NCBI GenBank assembly: GCA_963702095.1 | Contig: OY969706.1 | Location: 2,016,001-2,080,000, forward strand | DNA length: 64,000 bases | Reading direction: 5' to 3' | Source of the DNA: Candidatus Bathyarchaeota archaeon | Lineage (GTDB): Archaea > Thermoproteota > Bathyarchaeia > Bathyarchaeales > Bathycorpusculaceae | Part shown: positions 19,789-29,567 of the stretch, piece after piece | How positions within the stretch are numbered: position 1 is the first letter of the stretch | Layout of the letters: the number at the start of each line of letters is the position of its first letter | Translations under genes and position numbers: made by a program | The notes under the pieces: model-generated | The model's database searches: none | Seen by the model: only the letters and a program-made list of their open reading frames with translations | What the model was told of the DNA's origin: nothing

Positions 19789-20016
19789 TCACCTGGGTGG
19801 GGGTGAAATAAGGACTACGTTGTCTCCTCGAACGATAATTAGCCCTAACTTCTTCTGGTTTTCAATGGCAGTTGTGTCTTCTGTTTCTTCTAGAACCAAG
19901 TTTAAGTGTTGATCGAATCCTTTGAGCCGTCCTCTGAGGCTTTTGCCGCCTTTTAAGCGTACAAGCACTATTTTGCTGAGGTTCTGTTCAAGGATTTCGG
20001 TTGTCATTTCGCTCAT
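19789..20016 (-). CDS. lsm: Sm-like archaeal protein (SmAP/Lsm)
   Basis: Sm1 RGRLKGFDQHLNLVL and Sm2 IIVRGDNVVLISP. Confidence 0.96.
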   Translation of the reverse strand: MSEMTTEILEQNLSKIVLVRLKGGKSLRGRLKGFDQHLNLVLEETEDTTAIENQKKLGLIIVRGDNVVLISPPPR

Positions 20017-20203
20017 ATTGGAATCCTCAAGTATCTTTATCTCTTCTATACTTTATATCTGCCCATTTAAACCTATCTCAAAGACATCTCAAAGACTCAC
20101 AGAAATAGGCATTTAGGGCCTGTTCGGATTCTGGGCAAGGGAAAAGCACGTTTTCTGCCAAGGTAGGAAAAACGAGGAAGAAAAAAATGAAAGGGAGCAA
20201 GCT

Positions 20204-20371
20204 TTAGGACTTGCTTGTTTTTAGCTCTGTATTCTCTTTTTTAAGATCAGCATTCTCCTCCATCAACGCCTTCATGACGGCGTTAAGCTGAGTCATCATG
20301 TCGTTGATGCGCAGGTTCAACATACCAATTTGCTGCATGATTGGAGATACTTCTGTGGGTGCTTGTGTCAA
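20204..20371 (-). CDS. Small coiled-coil protein downstream of tail fibre (55 aa, not in ORF track)
   Basis: GGAGGTGA 5 nt before TTG; MTQAPTEVSPIMQQIGMLNLRINDMMTQLNAVMKALMEENADLKKENTELKTSKS. Confidence 0.75.
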   Translation of the reverse strand: MTQAPTEVSPIMQQIGMLNLRINDMMTQLNAVMKALMEENADLKKENTELKTSKS

Positions 20372-20410
20372 GGGATTCACCTCCGGTCTTGTATTGTGCC
20401 TGTTAGTTGT

Positions 20411-23302
20411 TTAGGAGGCTGTTTGCTGATTCAACAGTTGTTTTTCAAGGGCTATTATGCGGTCACGGAGTTTCTTCACTTCAATGAGCATTGGGATTGC
20501 GAGTTTTTCGTATTTGACACCCTCAACTTCTCCAAAGTTGTTTCTCCATGTAAGAAGAGTACTGACGGTATCAACGTCTTCGGCGATTAATCCTATTTCT
20601 TGTTGTGTGCCTCTTAGTGCCTGCTGGTCAGCTGTCCAGTAGAAAGTCACTGGATTTAGGTCGTATATCCAAGAGCAATCTTCAATGGGTACAATGTTAT
20701 CTTTGTATTTTTTGGCTGAGCCGCTGTTGTACAGGGTCCCGTTTACATTGGAATAAACAGTGCCGCCACTGCTTAGTGATTGAGGAACAGAGATATAACC
20801 ATCCCACCAAACTTGGAATAAATTAGTTCCCGATGAGTACCTGTCGATATGCCAGTATTTGCCGGTTGAGCCACCTTCAAAGTAGAAGTTGCCCCATTGG
20901 TTCTCTATTATTAGGCCGCCACTGGGTGTTCCGTTATTGCTATTGGCGTTGTACGATTTGAAAAATGCCCCAGATGTTGTGGATGGCGTAAGAAAACCAT
21001 TGTAACCGCCTGTTACTATACCTTTCGAGCTATCTAAGGGAACTAGGTAATTAGTGTACAATGAACCTATGTTTAAGGCGCCATAGTAATATGTGGAGCT
21101 GTTGTAGACGAAAGAGCCGCAGCCTGAATCATAGCTTGCCCCGAGCCGAAGTGTGTAGTTGTTTGTCCAAATCAAGTAAGCGTAGTTTCCACTGCTTGGA
21201 TTGAAGTTTATTTGTCCTGCCATGTTGAGTATGCCATTTATGTTGAGGTCGTCGCTTGTGGTTATTTTGTTTGTTCCGCCGCTGCCAACAGTTAAGTATG
21301 CTGAGTTGTTACCGTTGAAGATTACATGGTCGCAATATACATCATCGCCAGCATAGACGCTATATGTTACGTGATGGCTTCCGTCAGTCGTCGCATCGCA
21401 ATCAATGAAGCACATAGCTGCTGCTGAACGATAAATTGGGACATCTCCGCCGATCAGTAAACCGCCAGATGAACCCTGGGTTGGCAATGATAACTTGCCT
21501 GTTATTGTTGTAGCTCCAAAAGTTTGCGGTAAAGTCCCAGCAGTATTAGTGGCATAAACCTGTGACCCTGACGGACTTGACACTATAGGAGCAAAATAGC
21601 CGTTTGTGCCATACGCATTGTTTTCATCAACTCTCAACGTTATATCCGCATACGCTTGCTGATAGATATATAGGTAATAGTTGTTGCTCCCATCATTGTA
21701 AATCGCAAAATATGACCTGTTTGAACTATTGTCGCTTAGAGCACCATAGTTGATGTGAACAGGAGCCGTGGCTCCACTTCTTGTTCCCGCTATTAGACGC
21801 GTGCCGGATGATGTGTTAACTCCAAAGTTTCGACCATCAGTCATAGTTACGTCAACATAGCCAATTTCGCCGCTGCCAGTAGAGCCTACTATGTTATTGA
21901 TTTTTCCTATACACAACCATCGTGCAGAAGCCGTGTAATTAATACTTATTACTTGAAAACCATTTGCGACCTTTAACCCAGCAAACGTTGGTATACTTGT
22001 TGTTAACAGTGGATTGCTTCCAGCGATGGTTGCTGAGATGTCTACTCCGTCTACTGTATAGCCGCTACCCATCGCAACATTGACGTTGAATGTAGTCGAG
22101 CCCGTCACTATGCCACCGTTCCAAGTTACATTAGACCATGTTGGCGTATTGCCGGTACCTTGCGAAGTTAAGACTTGTCCTGTTTGTCCCACGTTGCCAT
22201 TAAGGTTTATTTGTGCAGTTACACCATTTAGAACCAGATTGTATGTTCTGACGTTGGTGCCGTAGATGTCATACCACCTGTTTGTTGAAGAACCAAGCGT
22301 GAAGGTTTTAGCGGGGTTCTGGGGAATAATGCCACCTGTGGAGGCGGAAGTATCAAAGCCCAAAATCAACCCTGAACCATCAATAGCCATAGTTATGTAG
22401 CCGCTGCCGACCACACCCATCTGCAGATTCCTAGTGCAGACGCTGTTCCACATCTTCTCCATATTGCCGACAAACGATTGATTATCATTAACGGGGGCCA
22501 CTGAGCAACCGTTTTGGAAAGACGCATTCCCCATCACAGTATCGCCCTCAACGGTCAAGTTGCCATGCGCAGTCAAGTTACCCAAATCCAAATGAGCAGG
22601 ATCCTCGCTCGCGAATTTTTTCAGAAAAAGGGTATCGAAATTCCCTGCATAGTTAGAGGTTGGTCCCTTGTCATACCAATGAGGTGCTGATCCTTCCTCA
22701 TGATACTCGTATAAGTGATTATCGTTTGTATTGATGTAAAGTTGCAATTGCTGATGTGTTGGCGGTTCACCTGACAATTGGTCAATGTGGTCTAGGATTC
22801 CCATACCAGAGTGACCCAATACAATCTTTGGGGGATCACACTGCCAATTTAAGCCGCTCCCAAGCGTTAATACACCTTGATTGCTGCATATAAAGCCGCC
22901 CGCAGAGAAGTCCTTCTGCACAACTAATCCTGTGTTAGTGGCTAAAAGTGGTTCATATTCAGGAGGGTCATCGAATTGACTAATTATTCCAAAAAGGGAT
23001 GCTGTTTTTATATATTGGGTACTGGTGTCTTTGAATGTGATTTTACTTTTATTAGCAGCATTTTCTGGGAGTCCTGCAGGTGACCATATGCCATTTGACC
23101 ATCCCCAGATATCTCCCACAATTGTTGCTTTATTAATTACAGAAAAGTTATAAGGAAGAATCAGAGAATCACCTATCTGAAGGGCTAAATTGTCATAATC
23201 ATCAAAGATTGTCTGTAGATCAATTTGATCAGCGTCAGCATTCTCTTTAATAGTGAGTATGGGTTTGCAAGTTAAGTGAAGAAAATTTCCATCATCTACC
23301 AT
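20411..23302 (-). CDS. Viral-type tail fibre/spike protein with C-terminal intramolecular chaperone (peptidase S74-like) domain
   Basis: G/N/S/T-rich beta-strand body; C-terminus GSAKKYKDNI..LNPVTFYW..IGLIAEDV..VKYEKL.. followed by a coiled coil; GGAGGTGA RBS. Confidence 0.85.
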   Translation of the reverse strand: MVDDGNFLHLTCKPILTIKENADADQIDLQTIFDDYDNLALQIGDSLILPYNFSVINKATIVGDIWGWSNGIWSPAGLPENAANKSKITFKDTSTQYIKTASLFGIISQFDDPPEYEPLLATNTGLVVQKDFSAGGFICSNQGVLTLGSGLNWQCDPPKIVLGHSGMGILDHIDQLSGEPPTHQQLQLYINTNDNHLYEYHEEGSAPHWYDKGPTSNYAGNFDTLFLKKFASEDPAHLDLGNLTAHGNLTVEGDTVMGNASFQNGCSVAPVNDNQSFVGNMEKMWNSVCTRNLQMGVVGSGYITMAIDGSGLILGFDTSASTGGIIPQNPAKTFTLGSSTNRWYDIYGTNVRTYNLVLNGVTAQINLNGNVGQTGQVLTSQGTGNTPTWSNVTWNGGIVTGSTTFNVNVAMGSGYTVDGVDISATIAGSNPLLTTSIPTFAGLKVANGFQVISINYTASARWLCIGKINNIVGSTGSGEIGYVDVTMTDGRNFGVNTSSGTRLIAGTRSGATAPVHINYGALSDNSSNRSYFAIYNDGSNNYYLYIYQQAYADITLRVDENNAYGTNGYFAPIVSSPSGSQVYATNTAGTLPQTFGATTITGKLSLPTQGSSGGLLIGGDVPIYRSAAAMCFIDCDATTDGSHHVTYSVYAGDDVYCDHVIFNGNNSAYLTVGSGGTNKITTSDDLNINGILNMAGQINFNPSSGNYAYLIWTNNYTLRLGASYDSGCGSFVYNSSTYYYGALNIGSLYTNYLVPLDSSKGIVTGGYNGFLTPSTTSGAFFKSYNANSNNGTPSGGLIIENQWGNFYFEGGSTGKYWHIDRYSSGTNLFQVWWDGYISVPQSLSSGGTVYSNVNGTLYNSGSAKKYKDNIVPIEDCSWIYDLNPVTFYWTADQQALRGTQQEIGLIAEDVDTVSTLLTWRNNFGEVEGVKYEKLAIPMLIEVKKLRDRIIALEKQLLNQQTAS

Positions 23303-23586
23303 ATGCTCACCTCCAAAGCGTTAAAGCACTCTGAAGTTACCATATTAGATCTGATTTGAAACTTATTTTCTAACATTTTTTTTACCTCTAATAGTGCTAA
23401 CAACAATAAAATGAATAAGCCGAATTGTACCACCCATTGGACATTGTGTTGGGCAGTCTGATGACCGCTCTGTTGGGTCAATGAGAAAAATTAGAGATAA
23501 AGAGAACAATGCGCTAATAATCAGAATTAGTTATATGAGTAAAGCATATGAATAACAAGCGATGAATAGACTTAGGTCACTGATAT

Positions 23587-24915
23587 ATGAAGAAACCGCT
23601 CTTGTGCTTGTTTTTACTCATGGTGCTTGCATGTATCGCGTTAGTTAGTAGCTTCCACTCATCCATGGGACAAGTAACGAAGGAAGTTAAAGGCATATTA
23701 GATTCAAACACTGCATGGACAAAGGGAAACAGCCCCTACATGCTTACAGGACCTATATTAGTGAATAGCGGTGTTACTTTAACAATTGAACCTGGCGTTA
23801 CAGTAAATCTTGGCAGTTATTACATACAAGTAAACGGAACATTAAACGCTATAGGTACTACCAAAGATAACATACATTTCAACGGAGGCGGCGGCACCTT
23901 GCCAGGTGCTATCGCCTTCACCAGTTACAGTCCAAATGGGTGTAGCACCATAGAGAATGCTGTCATAAATGCGTCTAACTCAATAGCCATAGGCATCGGT
24001 GATACTTCCCCTAAAATAAACAACAACACTATTTATGGGATTATTTGGGCAGCAGCCTCTACACCGACCGGGGAACCATTAAAGTCATCAACCCCAATTA
24101 TCACCAATAACAATCTCATAGCAAAAAACGGTGAGGGAAGTGTATTAGAAATGAGTACTTCACCTATAATCGCCAATAATACAATTAAAGGAGACATAAG
24201 AGCAGATTCAGAGGATGTGATAATTTCCGGCAATTATATCGAAGGCTCAGTAGTATCGAACGGACAAATAATCAGCAACTTTTTGTCTGGCTGTGGTGGC
24301 GGAAATGGCATACAGGCAGGCTTTGGGGGCATCATAGATCACAATCTAATCACAAACTACGACAATGCGATTGAACTCGGAAGAGGTGCTTCTCCAATAA
24401 TTAGAAACAACACTATTATCAACAATGTTAACGCTGTCTCGGTTTCTGGGTACATCAAAAGTTCATACAACCCCCAAATTTACTGGAATAATATCTACAA
24501 CAATTCAGGTTACAGCATTAACCTGTATATGAGTGAAACCTACCCAACTAGTAACATTAATGCAACATGCAATTGGTGGGGAACAACCAATACTCAAGCA
24601 ATAAATGAGGCTATTCATGATAACGCGGACGATTATAACTTGGGCACGGTTAATTTTGTTCCCATCTTAACTGAACTTAATCCCCAAGCTATGCCTAACA
24701 TAACTGTATTAACGCCACTGCCTTCATCATATCCTACCCCCAACGCATCAGGCGCGACTTCTCAGAACCCAGTAACCCCAAACCAACCCATTTCTGGAGA
24801 GTCTATCCTGTTCGGTTTAGACTGGGTGGAAGTCGCCATAGCGGTTTTACTTGCGGTGATTGCTGTTTTGTTGGTTGTTGTGGTTGTGTTTTTGCGTAGG
24901 AGAAGCGTTGGGTAG
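23587..24915 (+). CDS. Secreted right-handed beta-helix surface protein with C-terminal membrane anchor
   Basis: Signal peptide; WT..NSPY..V..GVTLTIEPG; repeated I.NN.I; NWWG; P/T-rich linker; TM helix followed by RRR. Confidence 0.85.
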   Translation: MKKPLLCLFLLMVLACIALVSSFHSSMGQVTKEVKGILDSNTAWTKGNSPYMLTGPILVNSGVTLTIEPGVTVNLGSYYIQVNGTLNAIGTTKDNIHFNGGGGTLPGAIAFTSYSPNGCSTIENAVINASNSIAIGIGDTSPKINNNTIYGIIWAAASTPTGEPLKSSTPIITNNNLIAKNGEGSVLEMSTSPIIANNTIKGDIRADSEDVIISGNYIEGSVVSNGQIISNFLSGCGGGNGIQAGFGGIIDHNLITNYDNAIELGRGASPIIRNNTIINNVNAVSVSGYIKSSYNPQIYWNNIYNNSGYSINLYMSETYPTSNINATCNWWGTTNTQAINEAIHDNADDYNLGTVNFVPILTELNPQAMPNITVLTPLPSSYPTPNASGATSQNPVTPNQPISGESILFGLDWVEVAIAVLLAVIAVLLVVVVVFLRRRSVG

Positions 24916-25040
24916 CGCTGTTTTGTTCTGATTTTTTTGTTTGCATTGTGTCGATTATGCTATTTAAATCAGAAAAAGCAGTCTATACATGCTTTCACAC
25001 CCACATGGCGGCTGCCTCTGCATGGAACCATGTACCGCGT

Positions 25041-25169
25041 GTAGAGCGAAACGCATTTGCCACACCGAAACAGACAAAGAAGCAAGCTGCAATCCAAAAA
25101 AGCAACCGTCCCCTCAACCATTCTTGTGGCGCCCCGCAAAACGCCACACCCACATAAAGAGAGAAAAGC
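25041..25169 (+). repeat. Dispersed repeat family 2, copy A
   Basis: Aligns with the reverse complement of 34297-34427; the 29-mer AAAACGCCACACCCACATAAAGAGAGAAA (25138-25166) is identical. Confidence 0.88.
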
Positions 25170-25315
25170 AGTTTATCCCTTGTTTTATGGAAGGAAGTCG
25201 GTGGGAGCATTAGACGCTGCCCACTGGTCCACCAGCAACAAAATAGTGTAGCAGTTATCTATGCACAAATCTTTATGGGGTCAATCTGTAAACATCCATC
25301 AGAGGTTAACCGTAA

Positions 25316-25912
25316 ATGCAGAATATAGTTGAGGCGCCTGCTGAAGTCAACGTGTATGAAAAGTTTAGGAACCCCATTCAAGAAATCATAAACTTTACTC
25401 GGACAATCGATGAAGGATACCGCGAAAAATGCTTCGAAGTTTTACTAAACCACTACTTATCTGGCGGCTTAGAAGTGAAAACCTGCGGCGTCGTTGAATC
25501 ACCCCTAAAGAACATGTTTGAAATGGCAAATTTTTCGGGTGAAACCAAAGTTTTCCTTGAACAGAACAACATATCTGAACAAGTACTCACCAAACTGTTC
25601 ACTAAAATAAAAGGCGACATTTGCCCCATCTACAAAATCACTGAAAACCGAAGGGCAAAAGCCCAAATCCAAATAGCTCTCCTAACAGCCCTTGAGAATG
25701 CACTCAGAGGAGCTAATGGAACTTTCGAGTTTTCAGTCAACACTGTTAGGCAGAGATGTATGGAAATAAAAATGTATGATGGAAGAGACTACTACATCAA
25801 TTTCATGGATGCTGCAGGCTTGTTTGGCAATCTCAACTACGAAGTAATTAAGCTCAGTGGGACAGGCAAGACAGAATTAGCAAGCATAGTCGCGGCCCTT
25901 ACCAAGCAATAG
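25316..25912 (+). CDS. Hypothetical protein
   Basis: 198-aa ORF with GAGGT upstream; C-terminal part may be a winged helix. Confidence 0.65.
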   Translation: MQNIVEAPAEVNVYEKFRNPIQEIINFTRTIDEGYREKCFEVLLNHYLSGGLEVKTCGVVESPLKNMFEMANFSGETKVFLEQNNISEQVLTKLFTKIKGDICPIYKITENRRAKAQIQIALLTALENALRGANGTFEFSVNTVRQRCMEIKMYDGRDYYINFMDAAGLFGNLNYEVIKLSGTGKTELASIVAALTKQ

Positions 25913-26021
25913 TATGTCCGTTTCAACCGGATACTAAACAAGCATCCGACACCTCCATGGCTTCCTGGCTTGCACTTATAAGCTGCGCACCTAAATCATA
26001 AAGACAGGGGGCACCCATAAC

Positions 26022-26648
26022 ATGGCAACACCAATTGACTTCCTAATAATCTTTGCAACATCCTTTGCCCTAAACCTCATTCCGTTTGCGGGCCCCTCAA
26101 ACCTTCTAATTGCATCCACAGCAGCGATTGGTCTAGCCGGCGCCGACGCAGGCACCCTTGCACTTGCCGCAGTAACCGTTGCCCTTGCATCCGCCCTCGC
26201 AAAAGGCATCCACTACATGGTCACATTCTTTGTCAGTGGACACCTCAGCCAAAAACGTCAGCAGCGGCTGCATCAAGACGCAGACAAAATCAGGCGATGG
26301 GCTTTTCCACTGCTTTTTGCGGTGGCTGCCACGCCTTTGCCTGATGAACCGGTGGTTATTCCATTGGGGTTGATGAAGTATAGTCCGGCGAAGTTTTTCG
26401 GCGCTTACTTTTTGGGTAAATTAACGATTGCTATGGTTGGGGTATTCATTGGTAAAGAAGCCAGTAACATGTTTGCACCGTGGCTGACGCCTGACCAGAT
26501 CTTCATACTATCCATCGTTGTATCAATCATCCTAACAGTAGCCATCACCTATGTCCTCTTAAAAGTGGACTTAAACAAGTTAGCCGAAAAGTACATGCAC
26601 CGCAAACCTGCAGGGACACAAGAAAAGCCATATAAACCCAGCCAATAA
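26022..26648 (+). CDS. DedA/VTT-like membrane protein
   Basis: Several hydrophobic helices; ATPLPDE..VIPLG.MKY...KFF motif. Confidence 0.75.
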   Translation: MATPIDFLIIFATSFALNLIPFAGPSNLLIASTAAIGLAGADAGTLALAAVTVALASALAKGIHYMVTFFVSGHLSQKRQQRLHQDADKIRRWAFPLLFAVAATPLPDEPVVIPLGLMKYSPAKFFGAYFLGKLTIAMVGVFIGKEASNMFAPWLTPDQIFILSIVVSIILTVAITYVLLKVDLNKLAEKYMHRKPAGTQEKPYKPSQ

Positions 26649-26653
26649 CCCAT

Positions 26654-27169
26654 TTGAGACGATACAGTATGCCAACCAAACAGCGTCGATACCCCTTAAA
26701 AATGAAAGAAGCAAAACAGGTCCTTGAAGAAGCATCTACCAAACTCAACATAAATGTGGAGGAGCTCTTCGGCGCCAAAGCCAACGTTGAAGTGGTTGAA
26801 TCCGACGTAGGCTTGATTTACCTCATCGGGGGCAAACCAGTCCTTTTCAAAGCTGAGGATAAAGTGTTGCCGACACTGCTTTTTACTGAATTCACAACTC
26901 AGTCCCCTAAAATAGTTGTGGATATGGGGGCGGTTCCCTATGTTTGCAAAGGCGCAACGGTGATGGCTCCAGGTATTGTGCGGGTCGAAGGCGACTTCGG
27001 CGTGGGCGATTTAGTGTTGGTGGCTGATGTTAAGTTTGGGAAAGCGTTGGCAGTGGGGGAAAGCCTCATAGATGCTGCAACCGCGAGAGTTACCAAGAAG
27101 GGACCGGTAGTCAAAAACCTGCATTATGTGGGCGATAAAATCTGGGATTACATAAAAAACATTGACTGA
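26654..27169 (+). CDS. Pre-PUA/PUA RNA-binding protein (MCT-1-like); start probably 26669
   Basis: LPTL..VVDMGAVPYVCKGATVMAPGI..GDLV..NLHYVGDKIW. Confidence 0.9.
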   Translation: MRRYSMPTKQRRYPLKMKEAKQVLEEASTKLNINVEELFGAKANVEVVESDVGLIYLIGGKPVLFKAEDKVLPTLLFTEFTTQSPKIVVDMGAVPYVCKGATVMAPGIVRVEGDFGVGDLVLVADVKFGKALAVGESLIDAATARVTKKGPVVKNLHYVGDKIWDYIKNID

Positions 27170-27192
27170 ATAAAAAAAGGATGCTTTGGCTC

Positions 27193-27441
27193 CTACATTG
27201 GGCTTGCCATTGTTTCATGTGTAGGTGCATTTCGTGCTTTAAAGTTGTCCGAAGATTGCCTTACACGGGTTAATAGCAAGTCAATTTCACGCATAGCCTC
27301 ATCACGTCCCATCGTGTTGGTCCAGCCGTCCATTTTGCGGTCTTCGACTCTCTCAGCGATGTCGTCTGCAATACATTCTTCAAAGCCAGCGTGTTGGAGC
27401 TCATGCTTCAACTCACCCTTGTTAAAACTATCTTTAACCAA
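27193..27441 (-). CDS. Small protein, possible stand-alone ATP-cone-like domain
   Basis: GGAGGTGA RBS; FNKGELKHELQHAG..IADDIAERV..T pattern. Confidence 0.55.
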   Translation of the reverse strand: MVKDSFNKGELKHELQHAGFEECIADDIAERVEDRKMDGWTNTMGRDEAMREIDLLLTRVRQSSDNFKARNAPTHETMASPM

Positions 27442-27559
27442 ATAAGTTCACCTCCAAAAGAATCCTCAAATCCAGACAATACTGGAACGGTGTATAGCAT
27501 TAAAACATAAGTGACTGTGCCAAACCAACAACAGGGCAGGGCAAACAAAAGATGCTTCG

Positions 27560-27973
27560 CTAAAAAGTTGGGAAGAAGGGGGATGGATAAGCAATTCCGA
27601 AGAGGAAACCGAACAAAAGACTAATCACAATAAACACAACCCAAGCAAGAATCGCTATAGCTATCGCCCGCAGCCAGCCAGTACCGAAACTAACCTTATA
27701 CACCCCAATCCACGCTAAAAGCGCCAAAAGATAGGCAAAGATATAGGCGGTTGCGCCGACCACTGATCCAAGTGCAAAGCTAACCAGCCAAGTCACCAGG
27801 AAAAAAACGATGGGACCCGCAAGCGTAGCGAGGAGAGCTCCGCCAAAGCTGGCGTGTCCACCCGTCAACGCCTTTGCAGCTAACCAAACAGGAATAGAAA
27901 CAATAATCCAGAGAACAACCAGTCCAATAATTGTAAAAAGAATGCTTTCTAAGCTTAGAGCCGCGAAAATCAA
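27560..27973 (-). CDS. Small multi-pass membrane protein (start uncertain)
   Basis: Four hydrophobic segments; GAGGA upstream of TTG codons at 27973/27977. Confidence 0.7.
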   Translation of the reverse strand: MIFAALSLESILFTIIGLVVLWIIVSIPVWLAAKALTGGHASFGGALLATLAGPIVFFLVTWLVSFALGSVVGATAYIFAYLLALLAWIGVYKVSFGTGWLRAIAIAILAWVVFIVISLLFGFLFGIAYPSPFFPTF

Positions 27974-28066
27974 GCAAATATTCCTCAATAGAGATTGTGG
28001 GTGCTGCCTTTTAAGGGTTACCAATACACCGTTAACACCAAAACTTACCTATTAAAAGAGCACAAC

Positions 28067-28182
28067 TCAGGAAAACTCTTTTGCAAGCTCATCAAGTTCC
28101 CTTCGGCATTTATCGCATACTCCATCGTTAAAAAAAAAGTCCTCCTCAACTATTTCGGCGCCACATTACCACACTTTATCAC
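28067..28182 (-). CDS. Small CxxC..CxxC zinc-ribbon protein (38 aa; needs one extra base at 28166-28167)
   Basis: GAGGGGTGA RBS; restored translation MIKCGKCGAEIVEEDFFFNDGVCDKCRRELDELAKEFS. Confidence 0.5.
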
Positions 28183-28352
28183 TCTTCACCCCTCTCTATG
28201 CGTTGAAGTAAAAACCGCTTATTCCGGATTGCAACAGGCAAGTCTCCACCTAAATAATAACTTGGCTGGAAATTTAAGACTTTTCAAAGATACCCACACG
28301 CTAACGGCTCGCCCAAAGCGTATAATACTCTTTAGCGGTATCTTCTCTACAC

Positions 28353-29122
28353 GTGAATGCAGTACAATCCCCATTGGTTGTCTTGGAACCAAAAGAATTC
28401 AGCAAAATCGCTGTACTGGGGACCTGCATGGCGATTACAAATCACTCAGCACCCTGCTTGAACAGGTGAATTTAGAAGGGGACTTGCTGGTTTTTTTGGG
28501 CGACTACGCCGACCGCGGCTCAAAAGGCGTAGAAGTTATCCGAAAAGTAGCCCAGCTTCGGCGTGAGCACCCAAAAAACGTGTTGGCATTAAGGGGCAAC
28601 CACGAAGATTACTCAGCCACTGGGGAGCCAAAGTTCCAACCCTGCAGCCTAGTCGGGGAAGCAGAAGCCAAAACTGGAAGTTGGATTGTCTATTTTGAGG
28701 ACGAGCTTAAACCCTTCATCGACAGCCTGCCCCTATGCGCCCTAATCCCAAACAACGCACTACTCGTCCACGGAGGCGTCTCAAGCAAAATCCGCGGCAT
28801 CGACGATTTGCGTGAGCCCTCGGATGAGCTGCGGACAGATTTGCTCTGGTCAGACCCCATGGATGGCGAGGGGGAGGAGCCGAATTGGATGCGGGGCGTC
28901 GGCGTGTTGTGGGGCAGTGATGTCTCCGAGATGGTTTGCCGCGCGTTGGGTGTGAAGCGGATTATTCGAAGCCACCAACCGCAGTTGGCAGCATCCAAAC
29001 CCCACTTAGCACATGGTGGCAGGGTGATAACGGTGAATGCGACCTCAGTATATGGGGGAACGCCGTTTGTTTACTTTCTTGACCCAGCTACTCCACAGAA
29101 GAACAGTTTCTGCAACAGCTAG
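28353..29122 (+). CDS. PPP-family Ser/Thr protein phosphatase-like metallophosphoesterase (frameshift in G-run 28418-28421)
   Basis: GDLHG, GDYADRG, RGNHE, VHGG, LLWSDP, RG.G..WG, IIRSH; the GTG-28353 frame gives ..EFSKIAVLG, which joins DLHGD if one G is added. Confidence 0.88.
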
Positions 29123-29206
29123 TAAGCGAGTTTGGTTACTGTTTTGATGTAGCCACATACTCTTATTGGGTAATTCTGTTTCTTTGCTTTTTGAGGTAAA
29201 TTATGT

Positions 29207-29365
29207 TTGTCTCAGGATGAACGCATGAGTATGCTTCCGCCTAAAAGGACTGCTGATGGCAAATACGTCTGCACAGTGGACAACACAGTTTTCGACAACG
29301 AAGACGATTATGATCGGCATTGTATGGCGGCGCATACGGTGGCGGGCGGAGGAAAAACCTGGTAG
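29207..29365 (+). CDS. Small C2H2-like zinc-finger protein (52 aa, not in ORF track)
   Basis: GAGGT upstream; YVCTVDNTVFDNEDDYDRHCMAAH fits Y-x-C-x2-(D)-x3-F-x5-Y-x2-H-x4-H. Confidence 0.65.
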   Translation: MSQDERMSMLPPKRTADGKYVCTVDNTVFDNEDDYDRHCMAAHTVAGGGKTW

Positions 29366-29567
29366 CAAATAGTCTCGCCGCAGCAGTAGCCCTTGTAGCT
29401 GTCACCGCCGTCCTAACAATACTGCTCCTGACTCCTTCAACCAGCAAATTGAAAAAAAGCCCTCTTGAAGGGTTAAATGGCGTGATAGCGATTGGTAAAA
29501 CTTATAACCCTTTTTAAAAATCACATACAAGTAAGTATAGAGGTTTTTTGGCGGAGGTGAATACAAT

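Noticed and set aside
20411-23302. Diversity-generating retroelement target or complete provirus
   Set aside because: No reverse transcriptase, template repeat, integrase, att repeats or other structural genes seen in the window
23296-23481. 61-aa ORF upstream of the tail fibre
   Set aside because: TTG start without RBS and it spans a probable divergent promoter; cannot be supported
24948-25251. Short ORFs sharing peptides (RHTHIKRE) with ORFs at 34247-34665
   Set aside because: Similarity is at DNA level in all frames and frame lengths are not conserved, so treated as repeat family 2
27995-28352. N-terminal 120-aa extension of the phosphatase ORF
   Set aside because: Artefact of the frameshift; it overlaps a minus-strand microgene and the promoter, and the real start is probably GTG 28353
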